A stretch of DNA of 64,000 nt from Podarcis vaucheri. Taxonomy: Eukaryota. A model generated the notes under the pieces. The model was given only the letters and a program-made list of their open reading frames with translations, ran no database searches and was not told where the DNA came from. The stretch is from assembly GCA_965113315.1 (NCBI GenBank), contig OZ220368.1; one strand, given 5' to 3'. Made by a program: the position numbers and the translations under genes. Shown here in pieces: positions 12,813-26,696 of the stretch (within the stretch, counting starts at the first letter, position 1; every line of letters begins with the position of its first letter).

Positions 12813-15800
12813 CTTTAGAGTGCTAACCTTTTGGAGGCATCAACATTTCCCTCCAGTTTTAAGTATCTCTCTCTCACACACATACCTCTGACTTGCAAAT
12901 CCTGCTACTAAATGAGATCTTTCTATTCAAAGCAGCAAAGACATTACTGTTAGTATGATAGCATACTGCAGTTGTGCTGGATCCAGAGAACAACTCAGTT
13001 GTAAGCCCTTTTTAGGGTGAAGTCTTGGTGTGGTGCTTCAGTGCTGGAAGAAGAAATATTCGCCTTCCATACATACAAAAATTGATTAACAATTTTCACT
13101 CCATGTCCCTATCTGAGTTGACAAAGTTTTGATGTGACTGCAAAAATGAAAAATACACACACACTACAATGAGCCTTTCTTGAGACATATGTCCCATAGA
13201 TGGCAGTCCAGTTTATTTGTGTTCATAATTTATATTGTTAATGTACAAGATGAGAGCATTAATAAAATGAAATTAATGAAACAAATTTGGAAAACTACAA
13301 TATCCTTTTATTGAATTTGCATGTAAAAAGGGAAAACCATTTTGCACCACCTTAAATGCATGGTAACCTATGAAAAACTGCACTTGGTTAAATGCAGTGC
13401 TTTTTCCTTAAAAAAAATGTTTAGGGGTACTCTCATTTTCCTACTCATATTGAAATACTGCTCCTCAATGAGGCCAAACTTAGATTCACAAAAAGTTTAG
13501 GGGTATGCGTCCCCCTGCACATCCCCCAGTCGGTCTCAGATGACTGAGCTGGTGACCTGTACAACTGTTTGGTCTGCTGTCAAGGTGCAGAATGTCAATG
13601 CACAGCTCCAAGAACCCTGCTCTCCCTTCTTACAGTTCTTTATAAACTTGAACACCACAACCATTCAAACAGAGAACTGTAAACAACTAGGGCACATAGC
13701 TACCACGTGTCAGTGGAATTTCAGAACTCCTTAACTTCAGCAGGATCATGCATAAAAAGTTGCATAACATTACATGTGCAAGTGGCTCATCACAAGACTG
13801 ATCCAAGAAAACTTTTTTGTCCTCTAAAACTTTGCATCAAGTAAATGTAGTTCACATTTCTATTGTTACAATAATCTATAGCATTTTAGCACCGCATTTT
13901 GCACACAATATTTGAATACAGTCTTTGAACAGCATTTTCACACCAAAAATAAAAGCTAAAAAGCAGTTTCCTTTAGGTTTCAAATAGCTCCACTTCTGTC
14001 ATCTACCAAGCACTTCACAGCTGGACTCCAATTCATTATCAATGCTCATTCTGATGGCTCTTCGAGTACATGGCATGTGCTCATTTCACAAGTGAAGAGT
14101 TGTCTGTGTGTGTGTGTCAGTCACTAGTTCAGGAGATTTGAAACTGAGTAAGCGTGTAAGTGTAAAACAAATTTGAAAGGCTTCCCCTACCCAGACTTAG
14201 AATCACCAGAGCAAAATGTGAAAGCTAAGACACAGAGCACTGCAGTGAAGCTGGATCTCGGAAGCCTTTTTAAAACAGAAGAACCAAGTGTTTGGGGGAC
14301 AACTATATTGTTCATTAAGTTCCTTATAATACCATTCAAACCTGAACTGTGCAAACAGAACTCCTATAGAGCTTCAGTACAGCATTCGCTGCCAGCAGCT
14401 TCTGAACTTACTGCAGTTCTGGGGCAGGCCATTACAAATTGTTCCTTGGTGTCACTGTGCTTACTTTTCCCAAGCTCCCAGCATGCAGCTCTACTCCTCC
14501 TGTACACAATCTGCATGTCAGGGGTGGTGTGGGGAACAGCAGGTGTTAGGATGTTTGCAGTTAAGGTACAGAAGGACCTTGACTGGACTTACATGGCCCG
14601 ACTTGAGCATTTGCCAAAAAATACCTGTATGTGCAACCAAGACTTCAGGAATACATTAGGATTCAAACGCCAAATCAAATCCCAACAAGGTCAACAGGGT
14701 ATCTTATCCATCTACCAAAGAAGAATGCTGGTATGTGAACTCTGTATACCAACATTGCAACAGACCACACTGTGCTCATAGGAAACTGTTTGTGGCTTAC
14801 AGTTCTCTGAAAATTCACTTTTCTTTTCTTTTTAGCTGAAATGCAAATAAGGGATCTCAAATGCCAAGAGGTCAGAATGGAAGTTATTCATGCCTGGGGG
14901 TTCCAAGTTATGCTCTCCCTCTACCCCTCCCCATTTTGCTCCTCTTTTACATCAGCAATGGACACAGCGTTACCAAATGGTGCTGCAACAGTAATTTCCT
15001 GTATTGGCAGGGAGTGGGAATAAATGACCTTTGAGTTACCTTCCAACTCCAAGATTCCAAGTCAGATGAGGCTTAGGGAAGCTTGGCATGAAGTCAAAGA
15101 GCCAGGAGACAATGCCTACCAAGCAGTCTTGAATCACCTAATCAGCCTGGCTTCTATTTTGTTGAGGTCCAAAGCAGTAGAACTCCCAGCTGATCTCAAA
15201 ATAATTTCTACCATTCACTTGCTGCGGCAGAGCTTCCTAAGCCATAACAGCAATATGGCTGGTGCTTCAATTATCCATGTAGCTGATGGACATTTGCAAA
15301 GCAATGTGGACATCAGTGCTCTCAGAATTAAACATGTCCTGGGTGTTTCAAACGCTTATACCCCCCTCCTTTAATAAGCATGCTTGCTCCTTTTAAATAG
15401 CCATAAATCTTTCCAGGACAAAATTATCAACAAGTTTATGTCTCTGCATTCTCGCAGCAACCGTTCTTCGCTATGCACTTTTGAAATACTTTTAAATACT
15501 TGAGTAGCTGATACTGAATGATGACTTGACTGAGCATCATGAGATAAGAAAGGAATTTTTAAATAAAGTAAAAAAAATAAATGGAAATCCGTATGCATAA
15601 GTTGCCTGAAGGGCACTGCGCATTCCAGAGACCTACCTGCATTTTTCTTCCCTGCTTCTCTCTCGTTTTTTAATGTCTTTGTAATGCGAGTTAAGTTCTG
15701 TTATGCATTACTTTCGCTCTAGAGTGCCAGTGTATATTTGCATTTAAAAATATGTATCATGATTTTGCGACCAGAGCATTCCTGAATTGTAGCCAAATTG

Positions 15801-16274
15801 AATTTTTGCACTACACAATCAACTCTACAGGTTTACTGTGAGAGTTACAGAGCCAAACAACAACAGTTGAAATCAGGACACTTGGTTTGGTCAAGCCTCC
15901 TCAGGAACGTGCTCAGAGGTAGATTTCAATAAAACTGTAATGTACACAAGTTATAAAGCTGAAAATACTCTGCCATAGCTCACAAACCATATGTGCTCTC
16001 AGATATGCCAGTAACAAAAGCTTCTCTCAGGACTGATTTTACATTCTGCAGCCCGGGACACATGCCTGAACCGAACGTGCATGTCTGCTTCATGTGCTTG
16101 GATATGTATTTTACAGAGCATCAAAAAGGAAAACATATGAGAGCGACAATGAGGAAGCTATAATGACCCCATTTCAAATATATTTTGGAAGGGACAAGTG
16201 TCAAAATATAAACGTCATACTAAACTGCTGATGCATTTTGATGATTCAGGTATTATTTCTTTTGTGCATGGCTT

Positions 16275-16480
16275 ATTCATTTATTTATAATTTTATTGTT
16301 TATACCCTGCCCATTTGGCTGGGTTTCCCCATTCACTCCAGGCGGCTTACAGAATACATAAAACTTAATAAAGCATCAAACATTAAAAACTTCCCAATAC
16401 AGGGCTGCCTTCATGTGTCTTCTAAAAGTTGTATAGTTCTTTATCTCCTTGACATCTGACAGGGAGGGTGCCACTACCGA
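16275..16480 (-). mobile_element. L2-type 3' fragment
   Basis: Homologous to 48525-48875 (GGGTTTCCCC..CACTCC.GGCGGCT, CAGGGCTGCCTTCA). Confidence 0.6.
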
Positions 16481-18850
16481 TAAGGCATTTTACATTTAAC
16501 TATGTAAAATAATTTTATATACCACCCTTTTCCAGAAAGGCCTCAGAGTGGTAATACAATAATATATAAAATATATAAAAGGCATATATCTGAGCACTGG
16601 CAGCAAAAGGGAGATTTGGCCCAAGGCAACTCAAGGCAAACCTCTGCATCTCAAACATTCTAAAACTACAAGACTGCTTTGTTTATACTGATGGTGAAAG
16701 TGGAAAAGCATGTAGCACCAGCATAATGTTCACCATATAAGCTTGCAAATGACAGATACTTGGGACTGTTATTTATTACTTCATATATGCTTAGGAATGT
16801 TCTTTATTACTTCATATGTTTCTTTCTTTAAAGAGGAGACATAGCTAGAACAGTGACTCAAACCTGGCGAGTTTTTTTTGGGGGGCATCCTAGGCGTTTG
16901 TGAATTAAATTTTAAGACACACTAAACTTAGGGCACACTATTGTGCCCAGGAAGAGTTTGGAATTATTATACTGGGTTAAGCAAAATCTATGCCTGCCCT
17001 GTTCCCATTTCCAACTGCCAAGGCTGCACAAAACACCACTGTTTATGTACAAGCTAAACAGTCACCTGCATTTATAATAAACAATATGCTTAAACAGCTA
17101 CATTCTTGCTTGCTTGCTTGGGGACATAAGTGCAATCTTTTACCCCACTATATCAACACACTAGATTGCTTACGTGAAAGAAGGCCTGTGAAATCCAGCA
17201 GCAGAGCATTCTTCTTCTGATAGTATCTCTGCCTATTTGTACCATCCAGTAAAATAGCAAAAGTTAGACAAGGCAATAAGTTCATAAACCGGCTCAAACA
17301 AGCAGCAACCTTCTGATAAGGTTGCTCTACAACAGCAATAAGCCCCCCCCTTAGGGCATTTCTTTCCATGTGATCTCAATGAAGACTTGCACAGCAGGGC
17401 CATGCACCCTGGACCACACAATTGTACTCCATGACAGCTCCTCCCAAACACCGTTGACGTGGTAGAGGACAGTCTGAAGAGGATATATCTAATGACATGT
17501 GTAGGCTCTATCCTACACATGCCAATCATGCAGCTCATGGAGACAGCTTACAATCCATTCAGCTGGATTTCCCCCTTCAGATCTTCCCCTGACAGGTTGA
17601 CAAGTGTGAGGGTGGGGGCACAGACAATAGCACACACAGGGGAGCATGTGCTAATCTGCTGTCCCTACGCAACTGAGATCACATGGAGGGAACCACAGGG
17701 GCGGGTCTACTATGAAATTAATGAAGCTTAAGCTTCAGGGGCCCTAATCCGGGAGGAGCCCCAGAAGCAACTTTAGTCCACATTGCTTAAAAATTTGGGG
17801 TCTGGTAGACCCAATTTGAGTCGCACTTGGATGTTTACAAAATGTGTCTGAACTCAATCAAAGTTCATGTACGTAAGTTGACATTAAACAACAAAAAAAC
17901 CCCATATATTTACTGTTAACATTGTGATTTCTAGTATCTGGACTGCTTGTTCTTCAAGCCCTTTTCAAAGCCAAATTATAAAGTTCAGGGAGAAATAGTA
18001 CCTCATTTATAATAGCAAGCCATTCTTTCTTCTTTACAGTGCAGTAAATGTAACACCGTATTTTAAAAGATGTATTATCACAGATCTATAGAACTATTGT
18101 CCAAATATGTCTCTAGAAGTCAACCGATTCCCACACCCTTCTCTCTCTCCAGCATTCATCATCTGAAGTCTATCCACCTGCATGGAAAATAGGATTAACA
18201 CAAACCACTCAAGAGATGATTATACACAGCTACTTTATAAAAGCTTCCAGAGCCAAGGATTCCACAACCTTCCCTTGGTGACTCAATAGCTGTTGGACTG
18301 TGGTAAGCAATATTACTGAGGAACACATCACCCACCACTGTCCCACATTATAGTACTTAGTGGCTACCATAATTTAAGGAAAAGTTGAATAATGAGTTCC
18401 ATGGTGAAGAGATACTTGGCATTAACAATCCAAGTACCAAGTTGAGCAAACTAAAACATTTTAGACTAAGAAAAGATACCTCAAAGTTTTGCGTCATTTG
18501 CAAAATTGAATAAAGATCCCCTCCATCGCTTTCATCTGAGTAGCTGATAAAAATGTTGAAGGGAACCAGGTCTAGAACAGAGCTCTGCAGTACTCAGTTT
18601 GAAACCACCCTTCAGTTTGATGAGAAACCATTGGTGATCTGTGAGTATAGTTTTCCAACCAACTTTGCTGAAATCAAGGTAAATTACATCCACCACATTT
18701 CCATAATCAACTACACTACTAACCCAAAGAGAGGCAGGGGTATCAGGCAGAAGTTACACTCAACAAATCCATGCTAGGCTTTCTGCTAATCACTGCATTG
18801 TTATGAAGATGCTTACAACAAAATGCTTATTGGGACTTTATGTTGTAGCA

Positions 18851-19134
18851 CAGTGGTTCCCAATGAGATAATTACTGAGGACCCCCTATTTTTCAAAAGC
18901 CAAGCCACAGACCCCTTACTTTTGAAAATTTTGATAACTCTATGGTAGTTAGCTCTACAAAGCATTTTTTTAACAAAATGTGGGGTAGCAAAGGATTTTA
19001 GGTATACTAAAAAACATGGACCATATAATTTGTGATATTAGCATGCAAAAATGACAAAAAATTAGTTGTGGGAGAGGCAAGGGATGGGGCTGCGGACCCC
19101 GTGTGATCCCTGGACCCCTAATTGGGAACCACTG
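18851..19134. mobile_element. hAT MITE
   Basis: TIRs CAGTGGTTCCCAA / TTGGGAACCACTG; TSD TTGTAGCA / TTCTAGCA. Confidence 0.85.
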
Positions 19135-20001
19135 TTCTAGCATCTTCCTTGGTAATGAAGTCAGATTGACCAGCCTGTAATCTACTGAATTCTCCCTCTT
19201 CCTTTTTTTAAAAGATGGGCCATCAGCCTGTTTCCTGTCCAGTAGAGTTCAAAGTATAACGTAAGGAGGCACACATCCCTCTGCATATCAGATTACTACC
19301 CCTAGAGTTTCCAGTGTTCACTCTCTGTTCTAGAGAAGGTCCTAGATGAGCACCAACCATTCATAAAGTTGTTTGTTCTGTCTGAATGCTGCTTTCTGCA
19401 AACCCACAAGATTATACTAGAAATGGCCATCCCACAATGATACACACATCTGCATAAATATCCTCAAGCATGACAAAGCACAGCCTTAGAGGTTTTCCTC
19501 ACAGTGATGGGTTGCAGCCTGGGCTGGGCCCAAGCCCTTGTGGAATGTACCTATGTTTTCCGACCTTGCCTAGACCTTGCTGTAGGGTGAAGCGATGACA
19601 CACCCAACCTAGTCAGACTCCAGGTATTCAGAGACTGTACAACTCAGTTACAAAAGCTCTCAGGCAGCAGTCTTCAGCCTGTAGCATCTTACTCCTGGAC
19701 AGTCCAAGAGCAGCTGCTGTAGCCCGTCACAGCAATAGGAGCAGCTGCTGCACAGCAGCTGCACCCCATGTGCTTCCAATGCCAGGTATGCCAGCGGTTT
19801 GCCAGGACTCAAGTGCCTCCAATGGTACATGGCAAGGGAGAAAGTTTTGTGGACTGTGCCTTTTGCTGCTAAGTTTTGGAATAAATATTTGCAACATGGT
19901 GCTGTCAATGAATTCTTCTAACTATGCTTTAGTCAGAGTAGATCCACAGAAATTAATGGGTCTAAACTGGTCGCATCCATTCATTTCAATGGGTCTACTC
20001 A

Positions 20002-20363
20002 GGGCGCAGGTGGCGCTGTGGTCTAAACCACTGAGCCTAGGGCTTGCCAATCGAATGGTCGGTGGTTCGAATCCCTGCGACGGGGTGAGCTCCGGTTGTT
20101 CAGTCCCAGCTCCTGCAAACCTAGCAGTTCGAAAGAACGTCAAGTGCAAGTAAATAGGTACCGCTCTGGCGGGAAGGTAAACGGCATTTCCATGCGCTGC
20201 TCTGGTTTTGCCAGAAGCGGCTTAGTCATGCTGGCCACATGACCTGGAAAAACTGCAGACCAACATCGGCTCCCTCGGCCAGTAAAGCAAGATGAATGCC
20301 ACAACCCCAGAGTCGTTCACGACTGGACTTAACTGTCAGAGGTCCTTTACCTTTACTTTTTTT
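20002..20363 (+). mobile_element. Sauria SINE, full length
   Basis: GGGCGCAGGTGGCGCTGTGGTCTAAACCAC head, B-box GGTTCGAATCC, (ACCTTT)n tail, TSD-like TACTCA. Confidence 0.9.
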
Positions 20364-21071
20364 ACTCAGAGTATAACTAACATTGCACACAACCCAGTCT
20401 TTTTATACCAACTTCACTTTCCTGTCCCCCAACGCAGAGAGACCTAGTAGGATCTCTAATGAGACAGAGCTCCCAATGTGTCAAATCAAAACTAAAGATG
20501 TTTAACCAAACAAGACATGCTGTTGCAAACGGAGGCCAAAACAGACAAAGAAGGAATTTATGTGACAGATGCCTGCTGCTTTTGTTTGAGAGATGAAAGA
20601 CGGACACATCTGCTAGTCTTTTTTTTTTTAAGGCTAAAAATCATTTCCCTTGTTAACCGCAATGCATAAGAAAGAACAACTGGGCACTGCAAAAGGAGCA
20701 CATTGCTACAGTTACTGCTAAAAAGGATGAGCATCAAATGTAATATTGGTTCCTCTCAGGGCTATGCATAGAGAAAAGAGAGCCAATAGATATGGTCGTT
20801 TTAGGCATGGGCAGGGGAAGCAAGATGGTTTACTTTTATTCTGCCACTGTGCCTGCTACTCACTTAAAAAAAAAAGTTCAAGTTATTTACATATGAATGG
20901 CTGCTATAAGCAAACAAATAAAGCAACATCTGTAAAAGGACAGTATATTTACTTATGATGAGCATAAACAAATATGTGTTCACCTATGCATTGCAATATT
21001 TTAAGCATCACTAGAAATACCAATAAACTTAGGTAGCACCCACAGCAGGTTTAAAATGTAACATGATTTAC

Positions 21072-21391
21072 CTGTGGTGGAAGTTCTCACTCTTGTGGTT
21101 TTTCTGGAAATACTCCCCTATAACACCTTGCATCAAAGGTTCTTGGGGTCGATGTGCTTTGGAGTATGGCGAAGTCCCCATGTGGCTAAAAACATCACAG
21201 GGTCCAACAGGAATGGTCCCTTTTTTCTTCCTCGGAAGGGTGCCATGAATGGAAACATCTTGACAGGTATGGGAGCGATGGTCTGCCAGAGATGGTTTGC
21301 TGCTCAAAAGGTCCATAGAAGATGCCAGCGAGAACTCATGGCTCATCTGCATATTTCTTGGGAGACTTGCAAATTTCCCAGCTGCTATCAT
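21072..21391 (-). CDS. BCAR3: BCAR3 coding exon 2 (exon 21399-21072, 328 nt; ATG at 21391)
   Basis: Translates to MIAAGKFASLPRNMQMSHEFSLASSMDLLSSKPSLADHRSHTCQDVSIHGTLPRKKKG...FSHMGTSP. This matches the recalled human BCAR3 N-terminus MAAGKFASLPRNMPVNHQFPLASSMDLLSS...QDVSIHGTLPRKKKG. Acceptor ttttgttttctag|AATT at 21399; donor AG|gtaaat at 21072 (phase 2). Confidence 0.97.
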
Positions 21392-24300
21392 TCTTAATTC
21401 TAGAAAACAAAAGTTGTGCATGGTGGAAGTTAGAGAAACACCAAAGCTAACTTCTTGGATCAGCGTAGGCTAAATCAGGGATCAATTGTTTCTATTCAAG
21501 TTGCTCATGTATATTAGATTCATTAAGGAAAAAAGAAAGAGTATATCCCTAAAATTAAGGGTTGGCAACTGAGAGCTCTGAAAGCAAGAAAGGCTGCCAC
21601 AAATATACCCAGTTTTAGATTCTAGTGTCCTGGCTTTCACCACAGTAGCTGCTGTGACTTCCAAGCCAACATTGCACTGGCAAGACTTTGAAAAAATTTA
21701 GATGGAAGAGTGTAGTTGGAATAGGAATAACATGGGCAGCTGTTGATAACCGCTCAGTCATCCCTGATAGCTACTTATAAATGTAACTGAAAAGTCTGTA
21801 AAACAAGAGGGAAATCTGCAATAGTAGTGTCAATGGCTACTATTGCTCTGATATCCAACGTGACAGCAGCTCAGCTCACCAAGCTACCATTGTATACTGG
21901 TCTCATCCACTGGCGTAATATCTTACACAATGCTTTGCCAGTACAGTGGTTTATAGGATTGGATCAATATGCATGACAAGACCCAGGGCTGGAGACTCAA
22001 AACATACACGTGAGTGTTCGGAAGGATTTATGGAGGTTAGGCTGTTATTACCGAAAACATTTATCTTTCTAATTGTTTTTTAACCCCCAAGTTTTTAAGC
22101 AGGTCAAACATCAGCCAAGAATCATTAACTACAGCTAAGCTGTCAGAAGAGACTGATATTGTACAGACTATCCTCAATTTAAGAGATTACAAATCTAAGC
22201 TCAGCAAGGGGTGCCATTTGAAAAAAATTTCTTTAGTGCTGCAAGAAAGCGGCTTGAGAAGCAAAGGTATGCTCATGTATCTAAATGCCTGCCAACAAAA
22301 AATGCACGCACATGCTTGGATTGTGAGTTCCTGTGAGCAAAACTCTGCTCATGGGATGTTCCCTCCAACGTAAGTGGGGGAGGCAATTTTCAGATTCTCT
22401 ATCCCCTTGAAAATCTGTAGGGGCCCTTCCAGAACAATGAAGTGGGAATGCAAGGAAAGGAGGAATGGCAAAAAGTGTGTCCCTGTCTTCTACCTATAGG
22501 AGTCTATGCTGGATCAAAATACCTTTGACAAATGGAATGAGACTTTCTCAAAAACGTGCAGCCAAGGAATTGCAGTCTTACAACAGATATAAATAGGGTG
22601 CACAAGCAGGCAAGGACATAACAGAGGTGTCAGTTGCAAGCATCCAAATGCCAACACAAATCAAAACATCCGAGTGAAATTAATGGAAGGCAGGGATAGT
22701 TGTGGACCACACCAAAAGAAATAATATCCATATCTGAGTTCTGGGCTGGGGGAAAAACCTGTAGCATTTATCCCATGGTAAAGTTAAGTGTTCTCAGTGT
22801 AAATGGTACAAATAGGTCACAAAATTACCTTCTCGTATACTTTTCTCATATGTTTCTCATACATGTCTCCTCATCTCTACTATTTGTAGCTGTTGCACTC
22901 TATTTGCATTTACCTAGGAGTAAACCCCATTGAACTAAATGGAACATACTGCTGGGTACACATGTACAGAATTACACTAAGAGGGTTATTTATATTCTGT
23001 GTTATTCCCCTTAAGGTACACACTCCTGCAACACTTTATCCTAAAAACACTATGGGTGGAATTCAATGTCACACTATGTTGAACATCCCACCTGTGCAAG
23101 CATATTAGCTTGCCAGTTGAAATTATCCCCCTTTCCCTGGTTTTCTGGGGGTTTTCATGAGTCCTCCTCCCAACAAGCCAATTTCAGGAGTGTGTGGAGT
23201 GGAGCCCCTTTGAGCAAGCCCAAACCCTTCAACCAACAAGGTTTCTTAAGTGAATCCTGCCCTGTGGTTTTATGTAACCCTTACAGGAGGCTCAAGAAGG
23301 AATCTTCCTCCCCCGGAGGGAATTCCCCATGCAAACCAATATCCCAGCATGAAAACATCCAAGACATGCTTCCTAATACAGGCAACCAGCATAAAATGTT
23401 CAAAGATATGGCTTTTTGCTGAGCCTAAGCAGTTGTAGAAGTTGTTCACTACACAGCTGGGAGATCTCAAAATGCCTTAAAGGATATAGCATTAAATTCA
23501 GAGATGAGTACTGCTGAAAAAGCAGATTTGCTGGGAAATATTCTTTTCTTCTTTCTCTGCCAGTGTCAGCTCAGTCAACCAGCTTCAAAGGTTGGATCAA
23601 GATGCTGGAGGGGTTTATTACAAAAAGATATGGAAACAAGTTTTGCATGCCTTTGCTGAAGTGCGATCAACTACAAAGCTTCAAACTCTGAGAACTAAGG
23701 TCACTTGGTACAATTTTTATCTAGGAGTTCCTTGATGTCCCCAGTTACAGCTACCAACTTTTGAACCAGCCTCCAAAATAACACCATTTATCTCCATGCT
23801 TTACAACTGTTCACACCGATTTCTTCAATGTTAAGCTGCTATTTAAAAGGCACAAGTGATATCACAGGGTATTTTTCCTGATGAGTTGGCAACCTGGTGA
23901 TGAATCAAGGTGTGGACTGGGAAACCCACCAATGTTGGTTGAGTAGACATGCTTATACATTCTTTCCACGTTATTATTTTCATCAAGAAAATGACTACAA
24001 AAATAACCCTAGGAAAGTGGTTTTTTTTCTGTTTTCCTTAGAATGTTAGAGTAAACAGAATAAATGCAATGTAAGGAGCCTGTTGGATAATGATTAATGT
24101 GTGTCATTGTTAATCAGTTTCGGGTCCATTCAGGAAACCAGCAGGTATGAAGTACTACAGACGCACGTCAATCATCAAAACTCTGGTTGTTGGGCACACC
24201 CACAGGGATAGACTGGAGTGACATCACTGCTTAGGTACTACAAACCACAAGAAAAGTTATGAAGCAGACTGTTAAATCTTCTTGAATGCCAGTACTGTGG

Positions 24301-24829
24301 TTCAATCTACGCTCATTAAAAGTTTGCAAAGCACAGTCCCAAACATTCAAGTGAGATCATTAGTGTCCTTGCCCTGCTTATCTTCTTTGATTTGACTGCT
24401 TCTTAGCAAGGTTGTTTGAAATGAAGTTAAACATGCCATCACACTCTTTTGAAAGTTTTACACCAGTATCTAGGGCTATCTTTTTGCTCACTCTTGTCCT
24501 CAGTTAGGGAGCAAAAAAAAATAAAAAATCTACATACACCATATTTCCTGTTCCACATTCAAACATTCCAAGGCAGGAATGGCCAACATCTTGGGGGTGG
24601 GTGGGGTGCTACTTCCTCATGAACAGCAAGACTTCCAATGAGAGCTTCCCACTTACTGATCACACAGTGATCAGGGCAGGACTTTGGGGCAGAAGGCCAG
24701 TGCCTCACGAAACAGAAGAAAGAGGTCTCCCAAAATGTACAAGAGCTAGTTTATCACATTTTGAAGCGAATTAATACATGCTACCATCAAAAGAGCGCCC
24801 CCGCAGAAAGAACATTAAGTAAAGAATCT

Positions 24830-25029
24830 TGTTGTTGTTGTTGTTTAGTCGTTTAGTCGTGTCCGACTCTTCGTGACCCCATGGACCAGAGCACACCAGG
24901 CACTCCTGTCTTCCACTGCCTCCCGCAGTTTGGTCAGACTCATGCTGGTAGCCCCGAGAACACTATCCAACCATCTCGTCCTCTGTCATCCCCTTCTCCT
25001 TGTGCCCTCCATCTTTCCCAACATCGGGG
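24830..25029 (-). mobile_element. 5'-truncated BovB/RTE 3' end
   Basis: (CAA)n tail, TTTAGTCGTGTCCGACTCTTCGTGACCCCATGGAC BovB-type terminus, 13-bp TSD AAGTAAAGAATCT. Confidence 0.9.
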
Positions 25030-26258
25030 AAGTAAAGAATCTAAAATTACTTAATTGCACCACCGAGAACATGTGTGAACCAAGTAGCTAGTCCAATGGT
25101 GCAGGATCATTGAACAAGTGTACACAGAGCTGACCTGATCAAAGTTTGGAAGAGTGAATCTTTATTATTTCAGCCTTGCATCTTGCAGACACTGCTGGGT
25201 CATGAAATTGGATAATACTGGGATCCAGATCAAATAAAAATGGGATTCGGCTCTGGGACAAACAAACAAACAAACAAAACCTTGAAACGACTTAAATTGC
25301 ATCTCTAGAAACATGTTCTCTTATTAGCTGGGGGAATGCCTAAAACCATAACAAAAACAGATTCCAAAAACAACAAAGTATTATTTTAGTTTGCTTCTTT
25401 TGTATCTTTTCTTTTCAACATGTCACAGTAGAATTATATCTGCAGCATGGTCATTAACCCTAAGGCTAGTTTTGTTGACAGAAAGCTACAAGGAAGAGAT
25501 AAAAGAAGTTAAAACCTCAAAACTCACAGAGAAACAGGTTGTTACACCAGCAGTTAAGTTTACAGTCTGTGGGTAGAAAGTTACACTTAGATCTGGAAGA
25601 CTTGGGTTGAAGTCTATCTCCACCACAGATACATTTGCCAGCCAATCCACTTACTCAAACTAAACATAGTCTGGCACTGCTGGGACCCTGCAACTTGAGA
25701 ATGCAGATTGGGGGTTGTGGTAGACATCACATTATCACTGTCTCCAAACATCTAAAACTTCTTGCCCACAAAGCTACCACATCAGGGAGCATGGTTTTGG
25801 CCTAACCTTCTCCCAGATGTGCTTGTTTTTAATCTGTGCCAAGAGTTTTTATACATGGAATCACCAAAAACATCAAATCCCACACACCTGAATTGTGAAA
25901 TGGCACAATGCTAAGGGCTACTTGATATTTCTGAGGATGTAGATTGGAGGAGCCAATATGGGAATATGGGAATAACTATATTAAAGGAAATGATGTTGTG
26001 GAGCCAAAGACAATAAAGGTAACTCATTTGCAATTAAATTTGTCATTGATAGGAGGAAGAATGACTAAAATTATTTTAAAAGACATTCGGGTACCAAATG
26101 AACTCCTTTCACACACAGTTTAAGTCTAGGGATACCACTTACAACATATGCCTCATCCATCCTTTGGAAAGCTCAGAGCAGCTTACATGAAATTCACAGG
26201 TAGTTTTCCATCCATATACGGGCTAAGCTAAGATCAGCTAAGTTTACACAATCTAACT

Positions 26259-26696
26259 CAGGGATCAGCAAACTTTTTCAACTAGGGGCCAGTCCACTGT
26301 CCCTCAGACCTTGTGGGGGGGGGAGACTATATTTGGGAGGGGTGATGCAAGAGCACCACGAGCCCCGGTGGCTGCTTACCTGTGTTTTGCTAGCGGCAGG
26401 GGCTGGCAGCGGGACAATGAGCAGCACACGAAAGGGCTCTGGAGAAGGGCTGCTTAAAATGGCAGCCACTCAAGCACTGCTGCTGCTGGCACCAACAAAG
26501 CCCAGCCCCCTTCCTCCTCTAGGCAGGGCGGGAAGAACCCAGGAGGGAGGGAGGAGGCGCTGGTGCCGTGTGAGGGAGAGGGAAAGAACGCACACATGCT
26601 GATGATCCACACGGCAATTCCAAGACCATCCACGGGCCAGATCTAGAAGGCAATTGGGCCTAATCCGGCCCACAGGCCTTAGTCTCCCTACCCATG
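26259..26696 (+). mobile_element. hAT MITE (family A ends, GC-rich interior)
   Basis: Same termini as 12496-12812; perfect TSD ATCTAACT. Confidence 0.9.

Noticed and set aside
14173-14781. 202-aa plus-strand ORF
   Set aside because: Non-ATG start, no recognisable domain, antisense within a BCAR3 intron; consistent with chance.
20002-20080. tRNA gene (also the A/B boxes at ~4300 and ~43450-43520)
   Set aside because: These are SINE heads continuing into SINE bodies, not cloverleaf tRNAs.
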